From positions 3,976-67,975 of the forward strand of contig DAHXON010000005.1 of assembly GCA_027364875.1 (NCBI GenBank): a stretch of 64,000 nucleotides of DNA. The letters run 5' to 3'. Made by a program: the position numbers and the translations under genes. Below the pieces are notes generated by a model. It saw nothing but the letters and a program-made list of their open reading frames with translations, searched no databases and was not told the DNA's origin. This stretch comes from Chloroflexota bacterium (GTDB taxonomy: Bacteria > Chloroflexota > Limnocylindria > Limnocylindrales > CSP1-4). The stretch's first letter is position 1; every line of letters begins with the position of its first letter. Positions 63,832 to 64,000 of the stretch are shown here, one piece after another.

Positions 63832-64000
63832 CCGTCCCTCTTCCGCTCGGTGGCGTGCCGGTCGCTCCTTGCCGGCCGCCCGCGCCGCGCGTCGCTTCGC
63901 GCGTCGCTTTGCGCGTCACCTAGATCCGATCGATCCGCCGGGGCGAGAACCGCGGACCGAATCGGGGGATGCCGATTCGCGCGGCTTCCAGCAGGGTCAC

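Noticed and set aside
63921-64000. A possible 3-prime end of a minus-strand gene running off the window (...LEAARIGIPRFGPRFSPRRIDRI-stop).
   Set aside because: Only about 26 codons are visible and no family is recognisable. This is too little to support a feature.
1-64000. A search for CRISPR arrays, tRNA/rRNA genes, transposases, integrases, toxin-antitoxin pairs or recognisable defence systems.
   Set aside because: I saw no repeat-spacer periodicity and no cloverleaf-like or rRNA-like segments. I recognised no defence or mobile-element protein motifs in any ORF. The window reads as core metabolism and envelope genes.

Overview
High-GC bacterial chromosomal segment (roughly two-thirds G+C by eye) with dense coding on both strands. 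Many genes are coupled by ATGA/GTGA stop-start overlaps, and GTG/TTG starts are frequent. I recognised no rRNA, tRNA, CRISPR array, transposase, integrase or phage gene, so this looks like core chromosome rather than a mobile island. Taxon cannot be resolved without a search; the F420-type LLM oxidoreductase, lipoprotein binding proteins with Thr/Pro-rich linkers and the CYTH-CHAD protein fit Actinomycetota or Chloroflexota-like lineages. Content by region: (1) 1-24.1 kb is an unusually dense phosphate neighbourhood. It holds an OmpR-family regulator, a PiT transporter, a cytoplasmic alkaline-phosphatase-family enzyme, a 2-aminoethylphosphonate catabolic set (phnW fusion, phnX, a second aminotransferase-fold gene), an ABC importer, phoU-pstBACS, an unlinked DUF47 gene, a SenX3/PhoR-like kinase, and a ppk1 / CYTH-CHAD / SixA / small basic protein operon. 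A PPK2 gene lies at 32.2 kb. (2) 24-38 kb holds YbjQ, DUF971, a P-type ATPase, an XRE + membrane protein + ABC-2 module, a DNA-ligase-like gene lacking its catalytic lysines, an MFS transporter, argH and amt. (3) 38-46.8 kb holds cydABDC with a disrupted cydD and an adjacent GAF-kinase/regulator pair. (4) 46.8-52.1 kb holds argG-argR-argB-argJ-argC. (5) 52-64 kb holds envelope genes (CPBP protease, two GT-C-like membrane proteins, an MsbA-like exporter, a secreted CBM-like protein, a GGDEF protein), then trxB, an LLM oxidoreductase and a LysM-M23 peptidase. The strongest observations are these five. First, a CGTTAAY direct repeat at exact 22-bp spacing is shared by three Pho-type promoter regions. 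Second, the polyphosphate operon couples PPK1 with CYTH-CHAD, a histidine phosphatase and a basic coiled-coil protein. Third, the ligase-like gene is a probable pseudo-enzyme. Fourth, cydD has an in-frame TGA and no canonical start. Fifth, a 567-nt gene-poor region contains a 26-codon hydrophobic micro-ORF with a strong SD. All functional calls rest on motif recognition by eye; no database search was run.
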